Below, one piece after another: positions 37,221 to 46,554 of a stretch of DNA of 64,000 nucleotides (the stretch's first letter is position 1; the number at the start of each line of letters is the position of its first letter). The position numbers were made by a program, and so were the translations under genes. The stretch comes from a virus (taxonomy: Duplodnaviria; Caudoviricetes): positions 1,161-65,160 of IMG/VR virus record IMGVR_UViG_2821042281_000001. One strand, written 5' to 3'. The notes beneath the pieces were generated by a model. It had not been told where the DNA came from. It did not search any database and saw only the letters and a program-made list of their open reading frames with translations.

Positions 37221-37726
37221 GCTGCTTTCCCCTTCTCTTTTGACAGCCACCCGAGAACAGCCGTAACGGCCTTCTCAGCGGCTTCTGTCGTCGTCGTGGC
37301 CCGAATGACCAGAACCCGGTAGCCAAGCCTCTCAAGCGCTGCATGGCGGTCTTTCTGGGCCGGCGACAGGCGTCCCTGCCCGACCTTGTTCTCGATCATC
37401 AGCAGACGCCCGTATTCGCCATAGATGCGAAGGTCCGGTTCGCCGCTGGTCATTCCTGTTGCGATTGCCTGAGCCTGGGCTCTTGGCCCGCGCTTGCTGG
37501 CGTTCATGTCACCCGCCAGCAGGAACTGGCGTTGGTACTGTGGCAGTCGGCGCAGGCTGGCAACTTGTGCCGCCTGTAATTCCCATTCGAGCGGCGGGGC
37601 TGGCTTGGTCGTCACCTTCCCGGCCTTTGTGGTGATCTTGACGCGAGCGCCGTTGATGCGGACGGTTTGTGTTTTGGTGGCGGTCGTGGTCGTAGATGAA
37701 GGCGCGCGTGTGCGGCTGCGTGCCAT
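37217..37726 (-). CDS. VRR-NUC domain nuclease
   Basis: GEPDL..IENK..GRLSPAQ..LERLGY. Confidence 0.88.
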   Translation of the reverse strand: MARSRTRAPSSTTTTATKTQTVRINGARVKITTKAGKVTTKPAPPLEWELQAAQVASLRRLPQYQRQFLLAGDMNASKRGPRAQAQAIATGMTSGEPDLRIYGEYGRLLMIENKVGQGRLSPAQKDRHAALERLGYRVLVIRATTTTEAAEKAVTAVLGWLSKEKGKAA

Positions 37727-37975
37727 GTGAGCTCCTCGTGTTTATTGCGGTATGCCGTTGGTAGCGGCGTGAATCGGATGGTAGTCCGATATAAAGATGG
37801 AATGAGTCTCGAACGAATGTGTCAAGCAGAAAGTGGTAGAGACGATGCGAGTGTGCAGTGTCACAATAAATGTGGTGTTAATGGACATGCAGGAAATGAG
37901 ATGCCGAAAAACGGCGGTCGCATTAATTGTCCATTCTGCAACCCCTTTATATACAGACCCCATGAATCTATCTAA

Positions 37976-38165
37976 AAAGGTACTTAGTATATAATACGTG
38001 GATGAATGGATTTTATTATATATATAGAGATCAATCCATTGATTTCATTCATCTTTTTGACCTGATTTTTATCCATCCAGAACCGATTAAAATCCGGGAC
38101 AGAATTAGCCGGTCGAATTTAATCCATGGACAGAATTGCTGCGGTGGATGGCTTTTAATCGGTCA
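37976..38165. other. Candidate replication origin (AT-rich, repeats)
   Basis: ATCCAT repeats, direct repeat GGACAGAATT x2, inverted ACCGATTAAAA; beside primase. Confidence 0.45.
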
Positions 38166-38167
38166 AC

Positions 38168-38198
38168 CAAAAACAAAAAAACGGGGCCGAAGCCCCGT
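38168..38198 (-). terminator. Terminator after primase
   Basis: ACGGGGC-ttcg-GCCCCGT plus T-tract on minus strand. Confidence 0.8.
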
Positions 38199-38202
38199 CA
38201 TG

Positions 38203-40566
38203 TCAGTCCATCCAGACAAGACGATTTGCCGGTCGCCCCCGCTTGGATTTCGCCTCCTGTTTTATCACCTTCCCAGTGTGAAAGAGTTCCTTCAATATCT
38301 CTTCCCGGCGGCGCCCCTCGATTGCTTTGCAACGATCGAACAAACGGCTTTCCGTGATGCCTTTGGTGCCCGCCTTGCGGATCAACCCCACAATGCGCTT
38401 GTAGTTTGCCTCACGATCATTGTCGGCCAATCGCTCTGTCACTTCGGCGATCATCGTAGCCGCGCACGTCCAGGCTACACATGAAGCCCACTCGAAATCT
38501 GTTTCAGTTATGACCGGTTCCGTTGGGTCTTTGCCGATAGCAACAATCAGCGCAAGTTTGATTGCGTTTTCAATGATGCGTCGTGCAAACGGTCGAGCTT
38601 CTGACGCCAGCAGCTTTTCTCGAGCGTCAATCGAATCCTTGACCGACCTGAAAAGAGCGGTCGCGTCTGGTGTCCATTGAACGATGTACGGCTTGTTTTC
38701 ACCATGCGCCGGCACTTGAATATTCATCGCAGACAGATTGCCACGTTTGGCGGCCACGTTAATGCCAGCCACCGATGCCATACGCTCCATCAGAAGATAC
38801 GGCACCTCGCGAACATCACGGGACGGCTTTACGGATTCAGGCTTCTCTCCTGTGACATGAAACAGGATAAGGCGTGGCAGCAATCCATCCTCGGCGCTTG
38901 CGCTACTGAGGGCGGCCCAAAATTGCTCTGGAGTGGAAGTTCCGTGAATGCAAAGCGTGGGGTTATAAATTCTCTTCGGAGGAACACCGCGATAGGCCGC
39001 GCCTTCGAAGAAAGTTGACGACGCCGAATAATAGTCTCGCAGATCAGTGGAAATTGCCCGCTGGTGACTACCTGCCTTTCGGTCTGTGATATCGCGTATG
39101 AATCCACCGAATTCATCGATCTGACAGTTGACCGAAGGATGCTTCTCCAGCACCTCACGCAATGCCGACGCCGACATTATCCGCGCGGGGCCGCTATAAG
39201 CATCGAATATGCCTTGATCGGCCATGAGTATACGCTTGATCTGTGATCGGGCGTGCTCCTTACCGAAGCCCGATTCTGCGAGCGCTACCGTGTACAGATT
39301 TGGACGGGTATCACGAGAGCCTGTCGAATATCGAGCGCCAGCCAATGACGCCAGCAATGGCAACACAGCGGCCATGGCAAGCGTGCGTGATGGCTGTTCC
39401 GCGCTCGATACGATCCAGTCAATCATGTCTTCAACCAAACCGCCCGGATATGTCAGGCTTTCCAGATCGGCAACGGCTTCCAACTGGTATTCTGGAACAT
39501 CGTCATCGTCGCTCTCTGGAACCGCTTCGTCTGCATCCACTAGATGGTCGCTATCAGCTACATCGTCGTCGTGACGATTGCGATATTTCTCAATAAGGCC
39601 GGTCACGCTAACCGGTGGGGTGCTGTCATCATCGTAGAATGATCGTTCAGGAATTTGTCGTGGTTGGCGCATGCCAGCAGACAGACCGTTTTCGATCGTC
39701 TTGCAGCACTTAACCCAGTCTCGGCCCCACCCACGCGCAACATCCTGCAACAATTGACGCGCCTCATGTTCTGGCAAAGCGCCAGCGCCGACAAGAGTGC
39801 CCAGTGAAAACGCTGCTGCGTTCAAACGATTATTGCGCCCAGCGCCCATGGGCACAGACGCAGTTTCTTCTAGCTCCAGTTGAATTGCGCGATCGATATA
39901 GGCGTCGTTGCTTCCGCGGTCATAGGTATAATCCGCACCGGTCGATGTTGGCGCCTTTGGCAAAACGAGGTCCAGAAGCCATTGCGGGGCGTCAGTCAAC
40001 GGCGGTAGCCCAGGACCAGAATAGTCGACCCATTTGTAGGTGCGGCCGTCTTCCAGCATGCTACCGGGCGCGATAACATACCCGCCCGACCCACGCACAT
40101 CTAGACCGGCGCCAAGTCGGCCCCGGTTACGAACGCCCGGCACATATTTGAAATAACGATGCTCTCCGCCGCCAGCAGTGCGAGCGGTCGCTGTTCTAGG
40201 GAGCGGGCCGAACTTATCTTCAAGGACGGCGAGCGTCTCGAACCCGTCGATAATCTCGCCGTTCTCATCCTTATGCACATCGACGTCGAGCACCCACGCG
40301 CCCAACTGTTCGCCGGTCGGGATGCCAACCATAGCACCCGGATTGCGATCCCAAAGAATATTCGTCACGCGGAGGTTTTTCGTGGCGCCCTTAAACCCAT
40401 TGCTCAAAAGAGGTGTTTTGGCTTTCAGAACAACAATTTCACCGGTTTCCTCGTCAAATTCGTTGGTTTCCTCGTCTTTCGCCCGGCATGGAAAAACCGG
40501 GATATCGGCCGCGATATAAGCAAGCGCGAGGTCGCGTGACGGATCAGATGCGGTGGACATGTTCAT
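38203..40566 (-). CDS. Bifunctional primase/polymerase (Prim-Pol) with DUF3987-like helicase domain
   Basis: VLDVD, TAGGGEHRYF, DVRGSGGYVIAP; ESGFGKE, QIDEFG. Confidence 0.9.
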   Translation of the reverse strand: MNMSTASDPSRDLALAYIAADIPVFPCRAKDEETNEFDEETGEIVVLKAKTPLLSNGFKGATKNLRVTNILWDRNPGAMVGIPTGEQLGAWVLDVDVHKDENGEIIDGFETLAVLEDKFGPLPRTATARTAGGGEHRYFKYVPGVRNRGRLGAGLDVRGSGGYVIAPGSMLEDGRTYKWVDYSGPGLPPLTDAPQWLLDLVLPKAPTSTGADYTYDRGSNDAYIDRAIQLELEETASVPMGAGRNNRLNAAAFSLGTLVGAGALPEHEARQLLQDVARGWGRDWVKCCKTIENGLSAGMRQPRQIPERSFYDDDSTPPVSVTGLIEKYRNRHDDDVADSDHLVDADEAVPESDDDDVPEYQLEAVADLESLTYPGGLVEDMIDWIVSSAEQPSRTLAMAAVLPLLASLAGARYSTGSRDTRPNLYTVALAESGFGKEHARSQIKRILMADQGIFDAYSGPARIMSASALREVLEKHPSVNCQIDEFGGFIRDITDRKAGSHQRAISTDLRDYYSASSTFFEGAAYRGVPPKRIYNPTLCIHGTSTPEQFWAALSSASAEDGLLPRLILFHVTGEKPESVKPSRDVREVPYLLMERMASVAGINVAAKRGNLSAMNIQVPAHGENKPYIVQWTPDATALFRSVKDSIDAREKLLASEARPFARRIIENAIKLALIVAIGKDPTEPVITETDFEWASCVAWTCAATMIAEVTERLADNDREANYKRIVGLIRKAGTKGITESRLFDRCKAIEGRRREEILKELFHTGKVIKQEAKSKRGRPANRLVWMD

Positions 40567-41132
40567 GCTGCCCTCTTCTGTTCGGCTTTGAGACGCGCGC
40601 GATCAAGTGCGCGGCTGACGACCTGCGATGTGGATACAGCGGGTTCATCGATTATCCATTGCGTGCCGCAACCAGCCTTTCGCCATGCGTCCGTTACGAA
40701 CGCTGCATCTCCGACCGTGAGCGCGTCCTGCATGTCGTCAAACGAGTATTCTGCCTTGCGTGGTGGAACAGCTTGGATGCCAATTGGCAAAACTGCGCCC
40801 TTCATTTCCAAGGGAGCCATGCCAAGTAAAAGAACCTGGTACTTTGATGCGTGGGCCAGTGCTTTGTCGTAAGAAGATAGCTGGGCAACATCGGCGTTGC
40901 CTCTATTTACAGTGTCAACGTAGGCTGTCAGATCGACCGGCTTGACCTCGACCAGAACAGTCGTCAGGGGCGTTCTTAGCAAGAAATCCGGCGCCCATCC
41001 TTCAAGGTCGAACGGTTCGTAATCCCATTTCAACCCGACGAGATCGAAGAATGCCGCCCAACGAGCTTCGGTGCGTGAACGAAACTTCACGCCAGCGTAT
41101 TCTGTTGGGATTGCTTTGATGATATATTCCAT
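40563..41132 (-). CDS. PD-(D/E)XK-like nuclease
   Basis: FRSRTEARWA..PDFLL..VEVKP. Confidence 0.75.
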   Translation of the reverse strand: MEYIIKAIPTEYAGVKFRSRTEARWAAFFDLVGLKWDYEPFDLEGWAPDFLLRTPLTTVLVEVKPVDLTAYVDTVNRGNADVAQLSSYDKALAHASKYQVLLLGMAPLEMKGAVLPIGIQAVPPRKAEYSFDDMQDALTVGDAAFVTDAWRKAGCGTQWIIDEPAVSTSQVVSRALDRARLKAEQKRAA

Positions 41133-41160
41133 GAAATTCCTTTGGATGGAGAAAACAGCC

Positions 41161-41349
41161 ATGGCAGAAGCTCGGTACGACACATTGGAAATGTACGACG
41201 GCGTATGGGCTGTAATTGATGTTTGGACGGGCGACGCTGCGGAAGTGAACGGCATCAGGCAAATTGGACTGGGCGAGGAGCAAGCCGACGATCTGGCCGA
41301 CTTGCTGAATTATCTTCAAGCACAGCGTGAGGCTGCCACACTGCAGTGA
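41161..41349 (+). CDS. Small conserved-looking moron protein
   Basis: GGAG SD; WAVIDVWTG..EQADDLADLLN. Confidence 0.6.
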   Translation: MAEARYDTLEMYDGVWAVIDVWTGDAAEVNGIRQIGLGEEQADDLADLLNYLQAQREAATLQ

Positions 41350-42365
41350 TTGTCGTTGGCGGCCACTATCTCGGTTTCTAGGTACGCTTCGATGAACGCT
41401 TGCGCTGCGGGCGCAACGATTGCATTGCCGTAACCGCGCAGTCGTCCCACTCGGGCGGCAGCCCCATGAGCCAGCGGGAATGTGATGGGTTCAACAGGCC
41501 GCCACTTTCCATCCCGGCAAAAGAGCCAGTCAGCATCTCGCCAGAAGCCGCTAGTCGGGCTGGACCGTCCGACAATGCTGCTGCGTGGTTCAGCGTGATG
41601 TTCGGAGTTGTGAAATCCGGAGATGGATGGCGCAGAGCATCCGTCGTCGTTGTTGTCGGCCACCCCGCCAAATTCGCTTGCCTCGGCAACTGGTCGAACC
41701 GATCCTTGCCCGTGTCCGAACGTGGACGAATGTCCGCCCCGCTGTCCTTCCAGTCCCGTGAAGCGGGCGTCACCCACGATGCCAAAGCCGCATCCGATGT
41801 CAGCGCGCCACCCGCTTGGTTCGGCCCGCTGTTCGTCCCGTCGCTCGCGCGTGGTGTGTTCCACCCTTTTTCCAACCCAGTAGAGCCGTTGTCGGATATG
41901 CGGCGCGCCGAAGCCCGCAGCGCAGGTATCGACCGCCCCGCTGGCGTAGCCCGATCCTTCCAGGTCAGCTTGTACAAGGTCGAGCCAGCCAAGTCCGTCC
42001 TTGCTCGCAACCTGCTCGCCAAAAACGACTGGAGGGCGGCAGTTTTCAATAAGCCAGTGGAAGTGCGGCCATAGGTGCCGCTCGTCAGTAAACCCTGCTC
42101 CTTTGCCTGCCGCGCTGAAAGGCTGACATGGGCAGGAACCGGTCCAGACCGGCCGGTCGTCTGGCCATCCTGCTCGGCGGAGTGCGTAGGACCAGACGCC
42201 GATCCCGGCGAAGAAGTGGCATTGTGTGTATCCGATAAGGTCGGAAGGTCGAATATCGACAATTGAACGTTCATCAACATCTCCCGGTGCGATGTGGCCA
42301 GCCCCGATTAGCTCGCGCAACCAAGCGGCCGCTTTCGGGTCAAACTCGTTGTAATAGGCTGTCAT
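41316..42365 (-). CDS. DNA (cytosine-5) methyltransferase, alpha polypeptide
   Basis: FFAGIG (I), SCPCQPFS (IV), GEQV (VI), PHIRQR (VIII), YGNAIV (X). Confidence 0.9.
   Translation of the reverse strand: MTAYYNEFDPKAAAWLRELIGAGHIAPGDVDERSIVDIRPSDLIGYTQCHFFAGIGVWSYALRRAGWPDDRPVWTGSCPCQPFSAAGKGAGFTDERHLWPHFHWLIENCRPPVVFGEQVASKDGLGWLDLVQADLEGSGYASGAVDTCAAGFGAPHIRQRLYWVGKRVEHTTRERRDEQRAEPSGWRADIGCGFGIVGDARFTGLEGQRGGHSSTFGHGQGSVRPVAEASEFGGVADNNDDGCSAPSISGFHNSEHHAEPRSSIVGRSSPTSGFWRDADWLFCRDGKWRPVEPITFPLAHGAAARVGRLRGYGNAIVAPAAQAFIEAYLETEIVAANDNHCSVAASRCA
41378..42280 (-). CDS. Nested alternative-frame polypeptide of the C5 methyltransferase (beta-like); start uncertain
   Basis: 300 open codons; three WxT(P) repeats; [16 protein letters not shown] resembles motif IX. 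Confidence 0.65.
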   Translation of the reverse strand: MLMNVQLSIFDLPTLSDTHNATSSPGSASGPTHSAEQDGQTTGRSGPVPAHVSLSARQAKEQGLLTSGTYGRTSTGLLKTAALQSFLASRLRARTDLAGSTLYKLTWKDRATPAGRSIPALRASARRISDNGSTGLEKGWNTPRASDGTNSGPNQAGGALTSDAALASWVTPASRDWKDSGADIRPRSDTGKDRFDQLPRQANLAGWPTTTTTDALRHPSPDFTTPNITLNHAAALSDGPARLAASGEMLTGSFAGMESGGLLNPSHSRWLMGLPPEWDDCAVTAMQSLRPQRKRSSKRT

Positions 42366-42372
42366 GGCGACC

Positions 42373-42684
42373 TCAGAATGGAGCTTCACTTAGAGCCGAC
42401 CGCATCCCCCGCCCGCAACCTTCCCACGCGGCTTTCACCAGCATGCGTGCTTCGAGCTCGTCCATTTCCTTAAGGTCGGTTTTCTGTATGGACTGCAAGT
42501 ACTCCCCGACCGCCTCGACGCCGGTATCAAGCGCTTTTAACTCGTAAGGGTCGAGCCTCTTGCGGTGCCGGATATGCTCGGCAATGTCGGCGCATTCCTT
42601 GCATAGCCATCGGATCGGCTCGCGGTCTGCTTGCACGCCGAGGCCTACGGCGTGGCGGGCGCAGACGTGGCAGATGTCGGTCAT
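42373..42684 (-). CDS. Zinc-binding phage protein (DUF6511-type)
   Basis: CHVC..CKEC; AVGEYL. Confidence 0.7.
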   Translation of the reverse strand: MTDICHVCARHAVGLGVQADREPIRWLCKECADIAEHIRHRKRLDPYELKALDTGVEAVGEYLQSIQKTDLKEMDELEARMLVKAAWEGCGRGMRSALSEAPF

Positions 42685-43256
42685 GATGCCACCCTCCCCA
42701 GCAAATCCTGATTGTCGTTTGCGGCCACATACTTGCCCGCCTCATTCCCCCAAGCCGACCAACCCGGCCACGCTTGGCGCGCGAATAGTTCAAGATACGG
42801 GCCATCGACAAGCCGCTCGATGCGCTCATATTGCTCATCAGGCTTGCGACTATGCTCGCGGCGGGGTGCCTTGATCAGCGAACGCACGCCTTTGCTAAGA
42901 CGACGCGGCTTGCCACGTTTGAACAGATGGCAGATTTCAACTTCCTGTCGGGTCCAATAGCCCATTCCCATGCGCCCCTTGTCCCAGACAAAAGCCACGC
43001 TGACAGGACGGAATCCCCACGATGCAGCAACGTCGAAAGCTTCACGCTGCAGGTGTGAAACGGTCCACATGAACAGCAAACAGTCGCGGGCGCATACCTG
43101 TTCAACAGGTAGCGCCTGGATATCATCTAGCGACATCACGCTGTAAGGCTGGCGACCTCTAGCCGGCGCGACATTCTTTTTGCTGTAGGTTCTAAATGCC
43201 CATGGCGGGTCCGCAAGGACGCAGCCGAAAGGCCCGCTCGGTAGCGGTTCATTCAT
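42681..43256 (-). CDS. MT-A70 family adenine methyltransferase
   Basis: ADPPW, HSRKP, LELFAR, WGNE. Confidence 0.93.
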   Translation of the reverse strand: MNEPLPSGPFGCVLADPPWAFRTYSKKNVAPARGRQPYSVMSLDDIQALPVEQVCARDCLLFMWTVSHLQREAFDVAASWGFRPVSVAFVWDKGRMGMGYWTRQEVEICHLFKRGKPRRLSKGVRSLIKAPRREHSRKPDEQYERIERLVDGPYLELFARQAWPGWSAWGNEAGKYVAANDNQDLLGRVAS

Positions 43257-43315
43257 CCTCATCTCCTCGTGTATCGTGGTGGTAACCCACCAGTTGGTGG
43301 CTGGCGGGGTGTTGG

Positions 43316-43546
43316 TTATTGGCTGGATGCGCCGCCTTGCTGCACGGCAGCAATCGGGCGGGTTAGGTCGGGAAACCAGTCGTCGTAGGTGGCGACATTC
43401 ATCCTTCCATCGGCCGCCGAGTTATAGCCGCAAGGGCATTCGTACTCGTCGCTGATGTAAAGACCCACGCCAACGTCGACGCATTCCGCTTCTGCCGTGC
43501 CGCCACACTCAGGGCACTTCATGAATTGGTCGCCGTAGTTGCTCAC
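43316..43546 (-). CDS. Small zinc-ribbon protein
   Basis: CPECG..VDVGVG..CPCG. Confidence 0.65.
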   Translation of the reverse strand: MSNYGDQFMKCPECGGTAEAECVDVGVGLYISDEYECPCGYNSAADGRMNVATYDDWFPDLTRPIAAVQQGGASSQ

Positions 43547-43725
43547 AACACCTTCTCCATACAGGCGCGCATAACCCCGCGCAGTTCATAGAAGTTGCGT
43601 GCTTCGTCGATGGCATTCAGAAGGTACTCGCGGTCCACCTGCTTCCTTGCCTCGTCCAGCCCCATCCCTTGCTCCCGCAAGCGTTTGATGCACGGCACGT
43701 AATCCGCGGGATCTAGCTTCGCCAT
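43543..43725 (-). CDS. Small hypothetical protein
   Basis: Coupled start/stop. Confidence 0.6.
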   Translation of the reverse strand: MAKLDPADYVPCIKRLREQGMGLDEARKQVDREYLLNAIDEARNFYELRGVMRACMEKVL

Positions 43726-44258
43726 CACGCCGCCCTCACCGTAACGCTCGGCTGGCCTTCCCGCAGCACTGCACCCGGCACATCTTCCCCAGCATCCAGC
43801 GCCGCCTTTATCGCCGTCTTGTCTGGCTCGCGCTTCAGCTTCACAACGTTCTCGGGCAGCAGGCTTTCGTCCACATTCTCAACCCCGGCGCGCCCTTTGC
43901 TGACCGACAGAGTTGCTTCCGGCAGACTAACCTTGTTCAGGTTGGCGGCCTTCAACAGACGCAGCAACAAGGCCCGCATGGCGTCCTTGCGTCTGGCGTA
44001 TCGATCTTTGCGCGCGGCCAATTCCTTGGCGCGTTCGCCGATGGCCAGTACCATGCTGTTTGCATCGCGCTCAATTGCTACGATCTTGCCGAGCACGCGA
44101 TAGGCGTCTGTCTCGCCTTCGATTGTGTCGGTGCGCAGTTCCTCATCTTCGGCCAATTCTGGGTATGCCGCAACCAAGTCGGCGAATTCCCGTTCCAGAA
44201 CGGTGACATCATAGGCCAGATAGTTCTGTACTTTCGTGTTGTCGGCTTTGTCCGTCAT
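43725..44258 (-). CDS. Siphovirus Gp157-like protein
   Basis: DTIEGET..PDKTAIKAALDAGEDVPGA. Confidence 0.85.
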   Translation of the reverse strand: MTDKADNTKVQNYLAYDVTVLEREFADLVAAYPELAEDEELRTDTIEGETDAYRVLGKIVAIERDANSMVLAIGERAKELAARKDRYARRKDAMRALLLRLLKAANLNKVSLPEATLSVSKGRAGVENVDESLLPENVVKLKREPDKTAIKAALDAGEDVPGAVLREGQPSVTVRAA

Positions 44259-44422
44259 CATTGCTCCTCGTGTTTCGGTGCTTGGTTTTGGTAAGTTAAC
44301 ATGCCTCGCGGCGCATCCCGTTAATGGATTGGTTTATTTTGATAAACTTAATCCTACTGTTTTAGTGTAATTAATACTGGATTTAACTGTTGCATGCGAC
44401 GGTTGTTTATGTATATTCGCCC

Positions 44423-44486
44423 CACTCTTGGGAGGGAGTTAGACCGCCCAGGCGCGCACCGTCCGCTGCCGGGCGGTTTTTATTTT
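44423..44486 (+). ncRNA. Candidate ~65-nt sRNA with GGGAGGGAG
   Basis: TTGCAT-N16-TATATT at 44390-44417; terminator ACCGCCC/GGGCGGT plus T-tract; no ORF. Confidence 0.4.
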
Positions 44487-44515
44487 CCCTGCATATCAGC
44501 TATGCAGTTTCTGCC

Positions 44516-44544
44516 CTTGCAACGCATGAGTGGGCCGCCTATTT
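44516..44544 (+). promoter_or_regulatory. sigma70-type promoter of the cuckoo-type sRNA
   Basis: CTTGCA-N17-CTATTT, close to rhizobial CTTGAC-N17-CTATAT. Confidence 0.6.
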
Positions 44545-44550
44545 ACGCCT

Positions 44551-44668
44551 CGTCCGGTTTTACTCCTCCTCCCAGAAACCGGACCCTAAGCGCGGTACTC
44601 CTCCTCCCAACCGCGCTTTTCAGATCGGCCCGCTTCGCTCCTCCTCCCAATCGCGAAGCGGGCTTTTC
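44551..44668 (+). ncRNA. alpha-r14/'cuckoo'-type sRNA with three CUCCUCCC-loop hairpins
   Basis: Three perfect stems (9, 9, 11 bp), each with a TCCTCCTCCCA loop; last followed by Ts. Confidence 0.88.
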
Positions 44669-44826
44669 TATTTCATGCAGTTGCGGTGCCTATTGTTGGC
44701 AACCGTTACATTCTGTTATTTCACCATTCGCTACTATGCCCATATTCTGGTGCCGCAAACCTTCTCTGGAATGCATCCGCATCGCATGAACCAGAGCCCC
44801 CGCCCCAACATGCGATGCGGAACTCC

Positions 44827-46551
44827 CTAGAACGGAATATCGTCATCCATTGCGTCAGCCAGCCCGGCAGATACTCGGCCATAGTTTGCCGTAGGCACAT
44901 TGTCGTTGCTCGCCTCCGGCACGTTGTCATTCGCAGCGCCCGGCACAGCGTCAACGACTTCCCAATATTTGCCGTTCGGCTTGACCACGATCTCGGCGGT
45001 CGGTAGCAGCTCGTTCTGGCGCTCCATGAATTCCAGCACGGTTTTCGGGAACGGTGCCTGACCGCCGTGCTTTCGCCACCACCTGTCTGACTTCGACTTG
45101 AAGAAGCCTGTATGGGCGGGTCCGAGCCATTCGTTGATTGGCGACATGCCAACCCAGTAGGACACCTTCACACTGTCCTGCTTACCGGCCTTGCCTTCGT
45201 GGTATGCGAAGGTGCGGCGCTCCACCTGGCGGGTGCTGGCGTTGTCCTTCGACAACATCGGCACGTCTTCGGCCTGCGCTGATATCTTCGGAGTTTCGTC
45301 GACCGGGAATTCGTATCCGCAGTCTGGACAGGTATGCAGCGAAGCATGGATCAGCGAACCGCAGCCTACTAAACCACGATCGTCAGGCTCTTGCGGACAT
45401 TGCTTCACAGGCGCCTCGCCGTCGCCTTTTGTCATCCCCGGAGGCGTGACCGCGTCTATAGGGCCGTGCTTGCGAACGACGCCAGCGAAGTCCAGAAACA
45501 GGCAGTTTTCCTTGCCGGGATAGAGGCGCAGACCGCGCCCCGCCATCTGGACATAAAGGCCCGCTGATAAGGTTGGGCGACAGAACGCGACCAGATCGAT
45601 GATCGGCAGGTTCGTGCCGGTTGTCAGTACCGAGTTATTCGTCAAGGCGCGGATCTTGCCAGCCTTAAAATCAGCCAGAATGCGGTCACGTTCACCAGTT
45701 GGAGTGTCTCCGGTCACTGTTTCGCAGCTAAATCCACGGCTGCGTATTTCATCCCGCATATGCCGGGCATGTTCGACGCCACTGCAAAAGCACAGCCAAG
45801 CCTTGCGCTCTGCACCGGACGCCGTACCATACGTGACGATCTCATCGACCACGGAAGCCGTGATATCGTCTTTATCGATAGCCGCCTGCAGAGCGTTCTG
45901 CTTGTAGTCGCCGCCCTGCTTGCCAACGCCGGACAGGTCGAAGGCAGTCGCCATGCCCTTTGAGATAGGACGGCAGAGATAGCCTTCCTCGATCATCTCG
46001 CCAATCGGCTTTTCAAAGCAGATGTCGTCAAAAAGCGCGCCGTCACCTTCCGTCAAAAGCCCCTCGCCCAAACGATAAGGCGTGGCCGTGAGGCCGACCA
46101 GCTTCAGGTCTGGATTGATGGCGCGCAGGCCTTCGATCAGCTTGCCATACTGCGTTTCGGAGTTGCGCGGCATCAGATGGGCTTCATCGACCAGAACGAC
46201 GTCTATGTGACCAATTTGGGCTGTTTTGCTAGCAATGGTCTGCACACCGCCGAAAACGATCTGCGCCTTCGCATCGCGCCGACCTACGCCAGCCGAGAAA
46301 ATACCCGCAGGCGCGAAGGGCCAGATGTTAAGAAGCTCCTGATAGTTCGATAGGATCAATTCGCGTACATGTGTCACCACGAGCACGCGCATGTCGGGCC
46401 AACGTTCGATCAATTCCTTGCAGATCGTACCCAACACGAGGCTCTTGCCGCCGCCCGTAGGAAGCACGATAAGAGGGGAGCCGGGTTGCTCGCGCCAGTA
46501 GTCATACAGGCCGTCAACTGCGGAGCGTTGATAATCGCGTAAGGTTAGCAT
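44827..46551 (-). CDS. SF2 DEAD/DEAH helicase with zinc finger
   Basis: PTGGGKS, DEAH, LTATP, QMAGRGLR; DDDIPF tail. Confidence 0.95.
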   Translation of the reverse strand: MLTLRDYQRSAVDGLYDYWREQPGSPLIVLPTGGGKSLVLGTICKELIERWPDMRVLVVTHVRELILSNYQELLNIWPFAPAGIFSAGVGRRDAKAQIVFGGVQTIASKTAQIGHIDVVLVDEAHLMPRNSETQYGKLIEGLRAINPDLKLVGLTATPYRLGEGLLTEGDGALFDDICFEKPIGEMIEEGYLCRPISKGMATAFDLSGVGKQGGDYKQNALQAAIDKDDITASVVDEIVTYGTASGAERKAWLCFCSGVEHARHMRDEIRSRGFSCETVTGDTPTGERDRILADFKAGKIRALTNNSVLTTGTNLPIIDLVAFCRPTLSAGLYVQMAGRGLRLYPGKENCLFLDFAGVVRKHGPIDAVTPPGMTKGDGEAPVKQCPQEPDDRGLVGCGSLIHASLHTCPDCGYEFPVDETPKISAQAEDVPMLSKDNASTRQVERRTFAYHEGKAGKQDSVKVSYWVGMSPINEWLGPAHTGFFKSKSDRWWRKHGGQAPFPKTVLEFMERQNELLPTAEIVVKPNGKYWEVVDAVPGAANDNVPEASNDNVPTANYGRVSAGLADAMDDDIPF

Positions 46552-46554
46552 TGA

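Noticed and set aside
44551-44668. Three CTCCTCCC repeats as a mini-CRISPR array
   Set aside because: Repeats are short hairpin loops with self-complementary flanks, matching an sRNA rather than repeat-spacer units
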